Below the pieces are notes generated by a model. That model was not told the origin of the DNA. It worked only from the letters and a program-made list of their open reading frames with translations, and searched no databases. The position numbers were made by a program, and so were the translations under genes. From Nitrospirota bacterium (GTDB lineage: Bacteria; Nitrospirota; UBA9217), in NCBI GenBank assembly GCA_963790205.1, contig CAWBNQ010000003.1, positions 480,001-544,000 of the forward strand: 64,000 bases of DNA. The letters run 5' to 3'. Shown here one piece after another: positions 9,757-19,126 of the stretch (the first letter of the stretch is position 1; the number at the start of each line of letters is the position of its first letter).

Positions 9757-11217
9757 ATGTCCATCTTGCTGCAGCAATTCATGCAATCCCTCATACCGAT
9801 ATACCCGGAAGCCGTGGTCATCACGGTGGCGCTCATGGTGCTGATCCTGGACTTTTTCATTGATAAAGAGAGCAAAGCGTTCCTCGGATGGTTCAGCCTG
9901 GCGGGCATCGGCGTCGCGGCCTTTGCGACCTTCCGGCTCATGAGCGTGGGCGCGAGCGGGACGTTCTTTTCCGGCACGTTCAACCTGGACCCCTTCTCCA
10001 TCTTCTTTAAGTTCGTCTTCTTCATCGCCTGCGGGCTCGGCATCCTGGTGTCCATCAACTATCTGAAGAGCCAGGACATCCAGCGCGGGGAATACTATAG
10101 TCTCATGCTCTTCGCCACGAGCGGCATGATGCTCATGGCCTCGGCCGCGGACCTCATCACCCTGTACCTCGGGCTCGAACTCATGGCCATGTCCATTTAT
10201 ATTCTCGCGGGCTTCTTGCGGCACGACAACCGGTCCAACGAGGCCGCGATCAAGTACCTGCTTCTGGGTGCGTTCTCGTCGGGCATCATGCTCTACGGCA
10301 TGTCGCTCCTGTACGGCGTCACGGGCACGACGAACCTGGCGGAGATTCTGACATTCCTGCGCACCGCTGATCTGAACAATCCGGTCATTTACCTGGCCAT
10401 GATCATGCTCGTCGTGAGCTTCGGCTTCAAGGTGGCGGCCGTTCCGTTCCACATGTGGGTGCCTGATGTGTACGAAGGCGCGCCCACACCGGTCACGGCC
10501 TTCATGTCCGCGGGTCCCAAGGTCGCCGGGTTCGCCGTTCTGCTCCGGGTCTTCCTGTACTCGCTGGAACCCCTGCACGCGGATTCCACGGCGATCATCT
10601 CCGGCCTGGCCCTTTTGACCATGGCCGGGGGAAACATCCTGGCCCTGTCCCAGACGAACATCAAGCGCATGCTGGCGTATTCCTCGATCGCCCATGCGGG
10701 CTACGCGCTCGTCGGCCTGGCAGCGGGAGGCCCCGAGGGCGCGGCAAGCGTCATGCTCTACGTCTGCATCTACGCCCTCATGAATATGGGCGCTTTCGGC
10801 GTGGTGATCATGCTTAGAAAGGCGGGGGAGCGGGGCGAGGAGATCTCGGATTTCGCGGGACTCGGAAAGACCAACAAGACCGCGGCGTTCCTCATGCTCA
10901 TTTTCATGTTCTCACTCACCGGCATTCCGCCGACGGCCGGTTTCATAGGCAAGTTCTACATCTTCAAGTCCGCGGTGCAGTCCGGCCTTGTGTGGCTGGC
11001 CGTGGCCGGCGTGCTGTTTTCGTCCATCAGCGCCTACTTTTACCTTCGGGTCATCATGGTCATGTACATGAAGGAGCCCAAGGAAAGCATCGAGCTGACG
11101 ACGTCGCCGTCCCTCGCGCTTGCCCTCGCGATATCGGTGACCGCCGTGATCTACATCGGCGTCCTTCCCTCCCAACTGTTGGATTATGCGCGCGCTTCGA
11201 TAGCAGGGATCATGTAA
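9757..11217 (+). CDS. nuoN: NADH-quinone oxidoreductase subunit N
   Basis: EAAIKYLLLGA, FKVAAVPFHMWVPDVYEGAP and KRMLAYSSIAHAGY motifs. Confidence 0.97.
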   Translation: MSILLQQFMQSLIPIYPEAVVITVALMVLILDFFIDKESKAFLGWFSLAGIGVAAFATFRLMSVGASGTFFSGTFNLDPFSIFFKFVFFIACGLGILVSINYLKSQDIQRGEYYSLMLFATSGMMLMASAADLITLYLGLELMAMSIYILAGFLRHDNRSNEAAIKYLLLGAFSSGIMLYGMSLLYGVTGTTNLAEILTFLRTADLNNPVIYLAMIMLVVSFGFKVAAVPFHMWVPDVYEGAPTPVTAFMSAGPKVAGFAVLLRVFLYSLEPLHADSTAIISGLALLTMAGGNILALSQTNIKRMLAYSSIAHAGYALVGLAAGGPEGAASVMLYVCIYALMNMGAFGVVIMLRKAGERGEEISDFAGLGKTNKTAAFLMLIFMFSLTGIPPTAGFIGKFYIFKSAVQSGLVWLAVAGVLFSSISAYFYLRVIMVMYMKEPKESIELTTSPSLALALAISVTAVIYIGVLPSQLLDYARASIAGIM

Positions 11218-11276
11218 AGGGGCCATTTCCCTCATGCACGAAGCCCAATGCTTCGAATAAAATAAAAACTATAGAG

Positions 11277-11303
11277 AGGTCAGGCCGGAAGCCTGGCCTT
11301 TTC
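11277..11303 (+). terminator. Intrinsic terminator after the nuo operon
   Basis: AGGTCAGGC-cggaa-GCCTGGCCT hairpin followed by Ts. Confidence 0.65.
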
Positions 11304-11498
11304 TTAATTTCATAATTTGTACAGTTCGCGGGATGTCAGTCCTGCGTTCCGGTCCAGTGGCGATATGCATTATATTTTTAATCTGATTGGTAGGACATAC
11401 CGCAAAAGCGGAGGGGAATATATAAACGAGTCAGGCGTGTGCCTCTTATGAGCCCATGTGCGCTCAGAGAAAATAGTGAGCATTGGAGGTAACAGAAA

Positions 11499-12218
11499 AT
11501 GCAGAACAAGAGGCGGCATCTGAGATTCAGATTAGATGTAATGGAAATAAATGGCAAGATGATCTTGGCCAACAAAGTGGAAATCCTTGACATTGGTCTC
11601 GGCGGACTTGCCCTGATAACAGACAGGAGGCTTAATGTCGGCAAAGAATATTTGATCAAGTTGGGAGACAAGGGGAAAAGAATAGATTTGAAGGGCAGTA
11701 TCGTTCGCTGCGAATTAAGCAAAATTGAAGCAAGAGGCAACGGGGAAACGGTCCCCCTGTACACGGCAGGCATGATGTTTAAAGAGGTCTCACCGGACAA
11801 GATTGGCGATTTTCTTAATGTAATTGAACAACACAAAAAAGAGGAAGTGCCGGTGGTGGTCGATCGGAGACTCAATGTCAGGTTCTGTATCACCACTCCC
11901 TGGGAGAAGACCCTGAGCTTTCCTGCACAGTTCAAGGTAAAAAAAATCAGCCTCAGCGGCATGCTCATTCTGACCGAGCAGGCCCTGGTAATAGAAAGCC
12001 GGATCCCCATGGGACTCTCTCTCAAGGCTGACAACCCTGTCAATTTTGTCGGAAGAGTCGCCTCCTGTCGGATGATGGAAGATAAGGGGCATGCATACAA
12101 TGAAATAGGGGTGGAGTTTGCAGATTTGACGGATAAGGATAGAACGTTGCTCCAGACATTCATAGACTACCTGGCAGCGGTGGATGTTAATGCTGAGGGG
12201 AAAAAAACAGACGACTAG
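11499..12218 (+). CDS. Tandem PilZ-domain protein
   Basis: Two RxxxR motifs (KRRHLRF, DRRLNVRF), each followed by a D/KxxxxG-like motif (DIGLGG, KISLSG); GGAGG RBS. Confidence 0.8.
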   Translation: MQNKRRHLRFRLDVMEINGKMILANKVEILDIGLGGLALITDRRLNVGKEYLIKLGDKGKRIDLKGSIVRCELSKIEARGNGETVPLYTAGMMFKEVSPDKIGDFLNVIEQHKKEEVPVVVDRRLNVRFCITTPWEKTLSFPAQFKVKKISLSGMLILTEQALVIESRIPMGLSLKADNPVNFVGRVASCRMMEDKGHAYNEIGVEFADLTDKDRTLLQTFIDYLAAVDVNAEGKKTDD

Positions 12219-12509
12219 ATTGTCCGGTAGGCAGAACTGCACGGGCTTCATGAATTTTGCACGACCCGGAAAAACGATCCGAAGGACCTGAGCAGATCTT
12301 CCTGTCATTCGCAGCATTGCATTTATTCACTTGGAAACGCCGGGTACCGCGTTTAAATAAAAACGTCGGAAGCGATGATAAACAAGCTGCCGACGTCAAG
12401 GGAGGCTGATATATCGGGCCCGCGAGTACGGAGAGGCGGTCAACCTATAAAGTCTGAACCATTATCGCGGTTCAGGGCACTTTTTATATACTCAATCCCG
12501 AAGGCGATA

Positions 12510-12740
12510 CTAATGCGTCTCGATTGGCGTCTCCGGTACGATCTGACTTGTCTTGGGAAGTGCCCGACCGTTCTCACCTGATAGAGGATTAAAGTAAGAG
12601 GCTACAAGATAGTGCAGCAACTTTTGCCTGTTTGTTTGAGACATGTCCGGGTAGAGTGAACTGCCGATCAAAATATTAACGATCTCTTCTTCCTGTTCTC
12701 TGGTCACATTTGTTATTTTTTGTTCCTTCATAGGACTCAC
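12510..12740 (-). CDS. Small hypothetical protein
   Basis: 76-aa ORF with a sigma54-like promoter directly upstream; the start may be the ATG at 12731. Confidence 0.45.
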   Translation of the reverse strand: MSPMKEQKITNVTREQEEEIVNILIGSSLYPDMSQTNRQKLLHYLVASYFNPLSGENGRALPKTSQIVPETPIETH

Positions 12741-12770
12741 CGAACTTCATAGCTTTTAACTTATACATAT

Positions 12771-12786
12771 TGCATTCTCTGTGCCA
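12771..12786 (-). promoter_or_regulatory. Putative sigma54 (-24/-12) promoter
   Basis: Minus strand reads TGGCACAGAGAATGCA, with correct GG-to-GC spacing against the TGGCACGN4TTGC consensus. Confidence 0.55.
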
Positions 12787-13746
12787 GAGCTGCAATCCAC
12801 AGTACTTCAAAGGGTTGTGTGGTTTGAGCTTTTACGAGTAAGGCGCCTATCGGTGAACTCTCCACCTTAGATGGGTGAGATGACCCAAGAAGGCATGCTT
12901 ATCACTATTGGGCTTTCCCCGCGTTTCGCGCGACTCATCGGGAGAATGCGCGGACGATTTTGATGGTGTCGCGAAACCAGTTTGGTTCATAAAAACGAAT
13001 GAGCGGACGCCCCTGCGGATAGACCGCTCATCCGACCCATTTGGCGACCTGGAAATTATAGAGTGGAGCCTTTCCAGTAATAAAGCTTCAGGGATACCAG
13101 GGCTAAAAATGTCAATACGGCCGTCTGGCTTTTCCATAACCATAATTTTTTCGCTGCAAGACCTTTTTAACGGCCACTGCCACTGGTCTGCTCATGGGTT
13201 ACTTTGCTTCCATATCTCCACCTAGTGCCGCCGTAACCGGGGCAAGTTACCCTGCTGAATTGTAGTGGCTATCAAGCATACGAGCATATGCTTGATAGTG
13301 ATCCTCGATATGTTTATACCAGTCGTTTTGAGTATCATATATGGTCCACGGATCCATGTACCATATGGCTTACGCATTTTAATCGCCTCGCTTTCTTGAG
13401 TAAATGCCTTGTATCACTGCCCTTCCCGTTTTGTACTCCGGCTTGCTTTTAGGCAGTGCATTCGTGGCGTTCTCTCTATCCGCATTCAGACAAATTCACA
13501 GCATCAGGCTTGCCGGAATGAACGGCGATCTCGGTGGTATGCTTTTAAATTCTCTTAATTTGTATAGTTTAGACTAAGAAACCAAGTAAATTCTTTTACA
13601 TCGGTCATGGGTTTTCATCGGACGAGCATTCGATTTTCGTATTTGTTTCTCACGTTCCAGACGAACACGCTCACATACTATATCCCGTGGCACGGATATG
13701 ATTTTTCTCATATTGGTTTACTCCTGTCCCGTGATATACTTTTCAC

Positions 13747-14448
13747 ATGAGCACCGTCCCCAAAAACTATTTCCTGAAAGAATACGGCTCCTGGAGTGTT
13801 CTTATTATTGCCTTTCTCACGGGCCTGATCGCAAGCAGGGGTTTTACCTGGCAGACGGTCCCGGTCTTCCTTGCCCTTTGCTTGCTGATTAATTCCAAAC
13901 AGGCGCTTACCAAATGGATCCGCGAGAAAGGAAACAGGCCAGCCCTCATCTTTTTGGGGCAGCTTGCCGCAGCGACAATGGTACTCATCGCGGTTTTTGG
14001 TGGGGACATTCCTCAACTTCTGCCGCTGCTCGTATTTCCTGCGGCATACCTGCTGATGAGCAGGTTCGCGGGGGAGCACTTCATCCTTACCGAGGTCCTC
14101 GGTTTTGCCCTCATCAGCCTTGCCGCGGTCCTGGCAAAATTCACGGTCACGGGCGGAGTTGATGTCCGTCTCTTTGTCGCCGTCGCCTTCTATTCCACTG
14201 CCGGCGTATTCAAGGTCAAGACCCTTTTGCTTAAAAAAACGCGCGACCGGGTCCTTACGGTCCTGTACGTTGTTCTAGCTGCCTTCGTATACCGCGGTTT
14301 TCACGTTTCCCTCATCATTCTTTTGCCGCTCGTTGACAATCTCGCTGCAGCGGCCCTGCTCTATAAAGTAAAGCTCCGGACCACTGGATGGATCGAAGTT
14401 TCAAAGAGCATCCTCTTCCTCATCCTCATGTCAATTTTCTACTACTAA
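13747..14448 (+). CDS. YwiC-like membrane protein
   Basis: N-terminal KEYGSW resembles the YwiC-family xHGAW motif; multiple TM segments. Confidence 0.65.
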   Translation: MSTVPKNYFLKEYGSWSVLIIAFLTGLIASRGFTWQTVPVFLALCLLINSKQALTKWIREKGNRPALIFLGQLAAATMVLIAVFGGDIPQLLPLLVFPAAYLLMSRFAGEHFILTEVLGFALISLAAVLAKFTVTGGVDVRLFVAVAFYSTAGVFKVKTLLLKKTRDRVLTVLYVVLAAFVYRGFHVSLIILLPLVDNLAAAALLYKVKLRTTGWIEVSKSILFLILMSIFYY

Positions 14449-14540
14449 GGTTTTGTTCCATAAAGCCAATAAACACCTCGTCTGATTCCTCTTCGTCATT
14501 CAGTGGTAAAATATAGGTATGCCAAAAGGGGGCGATGTGA

Positions 14541-16298
14541 ATGGCGGTTAAAGCATCCGAATTAAATACAAAAATCAACCTGACTTCGAATGCCCTTGCA
14601 GTGCTCGAACGGCGGTATCTGAACAAGGACGAGCAGGGGAGAATAGTCGAGACTCCTGAGGAAATGTTCCGCAGGGTGGCGAACAACATAGCGCGGGCCG
14701 ACCTGCACTACGACGGCCACGCCGATGTTCGAAGGACCGAAGAAGAATTTTTTCACATCCTTTCAAGCCTCGAGTTCCTGCCCAATTCCCCGACCCTCAT
14801 GAACGCGGGGCGGGCGCTCCAGCAGCTTGCCGCCTGCTTTGTCCTGCCCATTGAAGATTCGCTCGAATCCATCTTCGAAAGTGTAAAGAACACGGCCCTG
14901 ATCCACCAGAGCGGCGGCGGGACCGGCTTTTCCTTCAGCCGCCTGCGGCCCAAGGACGACCCGGTGCGCACGACCGGGGGCGCGGCCAGCGGCCCGGTAT
15001 CGTTCATGCGCGTCTTCAACATGGCAACGGAAGTGATCAAACAGGGGGGTACCCGGCGGGGCGCGAACATGGGCGTCATGAGAGTGGACCATCCGGACAT
15101 TCTCGAGTTCATCTCCGCGAAGGCGGACAACAAGGAACTGAAGAATTTCAACATCTCTGTCGCCGTGACCGAGGAGTTCATGCGAGCCGTGGAGAAGGAC
15201 GGGGACCTCTCGCTCGTCAATCCTTCGACGAGGAAGGTCGTACGCACGGTCAAGGCCCGGGAGGTCTTCGATAAGATCGTGGAGATGGCCTGGAAGACCG
15301 GGGACCCCGGCGTCATCTTCCTCGACCGCATAAACCGCGACAACCCCACGCCGCAGTTGGGCGACATGGAGAGCACCAACCCCTGCGGCGAGCAGCCGCT
15401 TCTTCCTTACGAACCCTGCAACCTCGGCTCCATTAACCTCTCGCGCATGCTGAAAGAAGAGAACGGCGGTTACGAGCTAGACTGGGACAAGCTGGAGCGC
15501 GTTGTGCGTACGGGCGTCCACTTTCTCGACAACGTGATCGACATGGGCCGCTACCCCCTTGACCAGACCGACCGCATGGCAAAGGGCAACCGCAAGATCG
15601 GGCTCGGAGTCATGGGGTTCGCGGACCTCCTGGTTCGGCTCAACGTTCCCTATGACTCGGATGAAGCGCTCCAGATCGGCGAGCGGGTCATGGCCTTTGT
15701 CAGGGAAAAGGGCTGGGACAGATCCGAAGAGCTTGCCCGCACGCGAGGCGTGTTCCCGAACTTCCGCGGGAGCAGGTACGACCAGGAGGGGGGCCCCCGG
15801 CTCAGGAACGCGACAGTCACTACCGTGGCACCCACCGGCACGCTGTCGATCATTGCGGGCTGCTCGAGCGGAATCGAACCGCTCTATGCCCTTTCCTACG
15901 TTCGCCATATCCTGGGCGACGTGGACCTCCCGGAGGTCTACGACTTCTTCATCGAGACGGCGAGAAGACGCGGATTCCTGACGCACGAGCTGCTCATCCA
16001 CGTCACGGCCGGCAACTCTATCCAAAAGCGGAGCGATGTGCCGGAGGACGTGAAACGCGTTTTCGCCACGGCCTTCGATATAGCGCCGGAGTGGCACGTG
16101 CGCATGCAGGCCGCGTTCCAGCGCCATACGGACAACGCGGTGTCCAAGACCATCAACTTCCCGCAAAAGGCCTCTCGGGAAGATGTCCGCCTCGCCTTCT
16201 TCCTGGCATACCGGGAAGGGGTAAAGGGCATTACCATCTTTCGGAGCGGCAGCAAGAGCGAGCAGGTGCTCACCTGCGCGGACCCGCTGTACTGCTGA
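14541..16298 (+). CDS. nrdJ: Adenosylcobalamin-dependent (class II) ribonucleotide reductase
   Basis: PNSPTLMNAG, QLAACFV, TNPCGEQPL, PCNLGSINL and APTGTLS motifs; C-terminal CADPLYC cysteine pair. Confidence 0.93.
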   Translation: MAVKASELNTKINLTSNALAVLERRYLNKDEQGRIVETPEEMFRRVANNIARADLHYDGHADVRRTEEEFFHILSSLEFLPNSPTLMNAGRALQQLAACFVLPIEDSLESIFESVKNTALIHQSGGGTGFSFSRLRPKDDPVRTTGGAASGPVSFMRVFNMATEVIKQGGTRRGANMGVMRVDHPDILEFISAKADNKELKNFNISVAVTEEFMRAVEKDGDLSLVNPSTRKVVRTVKAREVFDKIVEMAWKTGDPGVIFLDRINRDNPTPQLGDMESTNPCGEQPLLPYEPCNLGSINLSRMLKEENGGYELDWDKLERVVRTGVHFLDNVIDMGRYPLDQTDRMAKGNRKIGLGVMGFADLLVRLNVPYDSDEALQIGERVMAFVREKGWDRSEELARTRGVFPNFRGSRYDQEGGPRLRNATVTTVAPTGTLSIIAGCSSGIEPLYALSYVRHILGDVDLPEVYDFFIETARRRGFLTHELLIHVTAGNSIQKRSDVPEDVKRVFATAFDIAPEWHVRMQAAFQRHTDNAVSKTINFPQKASREDVRLAFFLAYREGVKGITIFRSGSKSEQVLTCADPLYC

Positions 16299-16361
16299 CT
16301 TGAAGTGATATTATCGCTGCCTGTACTTCGCGGTCATTCCATCACAAAAGTAGTCAGAAAC

Positions 16362-16434
16362 CCGGTCGGAATTACTGTTTTCTAAATCCGGGTCCATCTG
16401 TGAAATCTGCGGATAGATTGGTTTTTCGCGTCTT
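16362..16434. repeat. Partial copy of the ATCTGCG-type palindromic repeat (IS110 target family)
   Basis: GGAATTAC...ATCTGTGAAATCTGCGGATAGATTGGTTTTTCGCGTCTT matches the flanks of IS copy 2 and the reverse complement of 41535-41560. Confidence 0.7.
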
Positions 16435-16561
16435 CTGATGATTACTCATGCCTAGTCGTTACCTTCGATGTTGAAACTATTATGAAACTGTTGATATTTC
16501 GTATGCATTCAGACCATTCTCACATTGACAAACTTCATGCTTCCGCATAAGATGTTTCTCA

Positions 16562-17188
16562 ATGAATCAGAACGACTTCCTCAAGTCTTTCCCCACCTTC
16601 GGCCGCTCTCCCGTCGCCATGATAAAAGAGCTCGTGTCCAGCGGCACGGTCCTGAACTTCCCGGCGGGCAGGCAGATCTATTCGGAAGGCGATGCCTGCG
16701 CCGCGATCGCCTTTGTGCTGGACGGCGAGGTCCGGGTATACAGGACCGGCCAGAGCGGGAGAGAAATCACGCTCTACGAAATCGGGCCCGGCGAGACCTG
16801 CATCTTGAACGCGTCGTGCCTTCTCTCGGGGACGTCCTATCCCGCCAACGCCGTGACCTCGTCGGCAGGAAGCATGCTGCTCGTACCGGCGGCTGATTTC
16901 CGACGCATGATGGCGGCGCACGAGGAGATGAGGGATTTCGTCTTCACGCTCCTGAGCAGGCGGCTGTCGCTGGTCATGGAACTGGTCGAGGAGGTGGCCT
17001 TCGGCAGGATGGACCAGCGGCTCATGGATTACCTGGTGGAAAAATCAGCTGACAACAGACTTGAAGCCACCCATCAGAAGATCGCCAACGACCTCGGCAC
17101 CTCCCGCGAAGTGGTGAGCCGCCTTTTGAAGGATTTCGAACGCAAGAACCAGGTCAGCCTTTCCCGGAATTTGATCACCCTGTTGTAG
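16562..17188 (+). CDS. Crp/Fnr-family transcriptional regulator
   Basis: cNMP-binding domain (GREITLY) and C-terminal HTH THQKIANDLGTSREVVSRLLK. Confidence 0.92.
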   Translation: MNQNDFLKSFPTFGRSPVAMIKELVSSGTVLNFPAGRQIYSEGDACAAIAFVLDGEVRVYRTGQSGREITLYEIGPGETCILNASCLLSGTSYPANAVTSSAGSMLLVPAADFRRMMAAHEEMRDFVFTLLSRRLSLVMELVEEVAFGRMDQRLMDYLVEKSADNRLEATHQKIANDLGTSREVVSRLLKDFERKNQVSLSRNLITLL

Positions 17189-17290
17189 GCATGAAGTTGG
17201 GAAGCTGAGAAGATAAGAAGTTCTGACGCGCCTTTCGCCCACCGTCCAAATATTCCGATCATCACAACTTCCTATTTTCCCGCCTTTCTT

Positions 17291-17305
17291 TGTGACTTAG
17301 TCACA
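17291..17305. promoter_or_regulatory. Palindromic operator TGTGAC-N3-GTCACA
   Basis: Perfect palindrome between the Crp/Fnr gene and the DUF2892 gene. Confidence 0.6.
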
Positions 17306-17391
17306 GACGTCCGTCCTCCCTTCCGGTATGATGTTGATCAGGAACGGCCCCTTCGGCGGCCGCCATCATCTCATATCAGGAGGACAGGATC

Positions 17392-17583
17392 ATGAAAAAG
17401 AACATCGGTTCAGCAGAAAGAGTCATCAGGATCGTCGCGGGCATTGCCATTCTCTCCCTCGCTTTTGCGGGGCCCAGATCCCCCTGGGCTTACCTTGGGA
17501 TCGTCCCTCTCGCGACCGGCTTGATCGGCTGGTGCCCGCCCTACGCACTCTTTGGCTTTTCGACCTGCAAAAGCTGCAAGTAG
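17392..17583 (+). CDS. DUF2892 (YgaP-like) membrane protein
   Basis: MKKNIGxxERxIR start and GWCPPYALFGFSTC end; AGGAGG RBS. Confidence 0.88.
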   Translation: MKKNIGSAERVIRIVAGIAILSLAFAGPRSPWAYLGIVPLATGLIGWCPPYALFGFSTCKSCK

Positions 17584-17783
17584 TTCCGTCCCGTCGGGGC
17601 GCATCAAGAGCGAGCAGCTGCTCACCCGGCAAAGCATGGCTTCCCTTCCATAAAAAGGGCGCTTCATCGTTATGATGGAGCGCCCGCTTCAATCGAGACC
17701 GTGAAATTCCTGAAACTTTCGGCTTGACAGGAGAGCGTAACAGGGTGTATTTTACCTGAGCTTTGTCATGGTCTTGCCGTGTC

Positions 17784-17811
17784 AAGCCCCTTCTAAAAAG
17801 GGGCTTTTTTT
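17784..17811 (+). terminator. Intrinsic terminator
   Basis: AAGCCCCTT-ctaa-AAGGGGCTT followed by a T-run. Confidence 0.65.
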
Positions 17812-18016
17812 ACCACTGCTTAAAACTTATACAGGGTCGTTTGTGAGCGAACAAGGGTTTTCCCACCCGGAAACAAAGACCCCGATTTTGAAAAGCGCCA
17901 AATCCGAAGCGCCAATAACAATTTAGCGCGCCAGGCCAAATTCCAAATTCGAAACTTGGTCCTTGAACATCGGTGATTTGGATCCTGGAATTTGAGATTT
18001 CTTGAGGAGTAATTCT

Positions 18017-19126
18017 ATGTGCCGTTTGAGCGCCATTACATCGAGCGACTATATCTCTCCCATGGAGAATATCCACGCGCTTGAGACCATGAAGGAAGGC
18101 CATGACGGCTCGGGCCTGGGGCTCATGCTCAAGGACCTGGGCGGTCCGTTCGCCGATTTTAAACAGCATCCCACCCTGTCGGCCATCTGCTCGAACAAGG
18201 GCCTTGCCATGCTCGAAGAGTACATGAAGACCCAGGGCTTCACGGAGAAGTTATCCTGGGAGCCCCCGATCACGAACGTCGCGGGTGTGGAGCGGAGGGA
18301 TCACTACATCGCGAAGGTCTATGACTATCCCGCTCCGTACAAGGACAAGCCGAAGAAGGAGCGGGAAGACCTGCTCATGAACACGCGGCTTGCGCTCAGG
18401 TGCATGGGCGAACCGGACGGGTCGCTCTTTGTCTTTTCGTTTTACCCCGACGTCCTGACGCTCAAGGAAGTAGGGGACCCGCTCCAGCTCGGCGAGTTCT
18501 TCGGCCTCGAGAAGTCGGGCCTCAAGGCGAAGATCGTCCTGGCCCAGGGCAGGCAGAACACGAACTACGCCATCTACCTCTACGCGTGCCATCCCTTCTT
18601 CATCCAGGGCTACGCCACGATGACGAACGGAGAGAACACGGCGTTCGTGCCGATCCGCGAGTTCCTCATGGGCCGGGGAAACCCGGGATACATGGGCTAC
18701 AATTCCGACTCCGAGGTCTTCACTCACATCCTGCACTACACGAACAGGACCCTGGGCTATCCGCTTCGTTATTACAAGGACATCATCACGCCGATGAAGG
18801 ACGCGGAGCTTGAGAAACGCTCTGACGGGGCCGCGCTCGGGCTCCTCAAAAAATCGCTCCGCCCGCTCTGCATCGACGGCCCGAACTGCGTTATCGGGTT
18901 CACGCCCGACGGCTCGGTCTTCATGGTGCACGACTCGAAGAAGCTCCGCCCCGGCGCCGTCGGAGGCAAGCCAGGAAAGTACGCGCTCATGTCCGAGGTC
19001 TGCGGCGTGGACAGCGCTATCCCGGGCCGGGACAAAACAACGGATATTTTCCCCATGAAGTACGATATGGTGGTCATCGCGCCCGGCGCGCGGGAGGTTA
19101 CGGTATGGAACCAGCTACACGGTTAG
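18017..19126 (+). CDS. Glutamate synthase, glutamine amidotransferase subunit (GltB1-like)
   Basis: Begins MCRL (Ntn-hydrolase Cys1) after GAGGAG; GHDGSG, NGE and SDSEV motifs; first gene of the glt cluster. Confidence 0.85.
   Translation: MCRLSAITSSDYISPMENIHALETMKEGHDGSGLGLMLKDLGGPFADFKQHPTLSAICSNKGLAMLEEYMKTQGFTEKLSWEPPITNVAGVERRDHYIAKVYDYPAPYKDKPKKEREDLLMNTRLALRCMGEPDGSLFVFSFYPDVLTLKEVGDPLQLGEFFGLEKSGLKAKIVLAQGRQNTNYAIYLYACHPFFIQGYATMTNGENTAFVPIREFLMGRGNPGYMGYNSDSEVFTHILHYTNRTLGYPLRYYKDIITPMKDAELEKRSDGAALGLLKKSLRPLCIDGPNCVIGFTPDGSVFMVHDSKKLRPGAVGGKPGKYALMSEVCGVDSAIPGRDKTTDIFPMKYDMVVIAPGAREVTVWNQLHG

Noticed and set aside
8824..10695. 623-aa minus-strand ORF and similar long antisense ORFs (2083-3198, 3547-4749, 46557-47582)
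   Set aside because: Shadows of well-supported GC-rich genes on the opposite strand.
12440..12480. 6S RNA resemblance (TGAACC...GGTTCA)
   Set aside because: The long closing stem and central bubble could not be identified.
12915..12950. Hammerhead-like GATGAG...CGAAAC on the minus strand
   Set aside because: Core reads CCGATGA rather than CTGATGA, and stem II cannot form.
12847..13560. Short ORFs and small palindromes in the AT-rich gap
   Set aside because: No recognisable motif or RBS; cannot be supported.
13689..13704. TGGCACG sigma54-like motif before the YwiC-like gene
   Set aside because: The -12 GC is missing at the required spacing.
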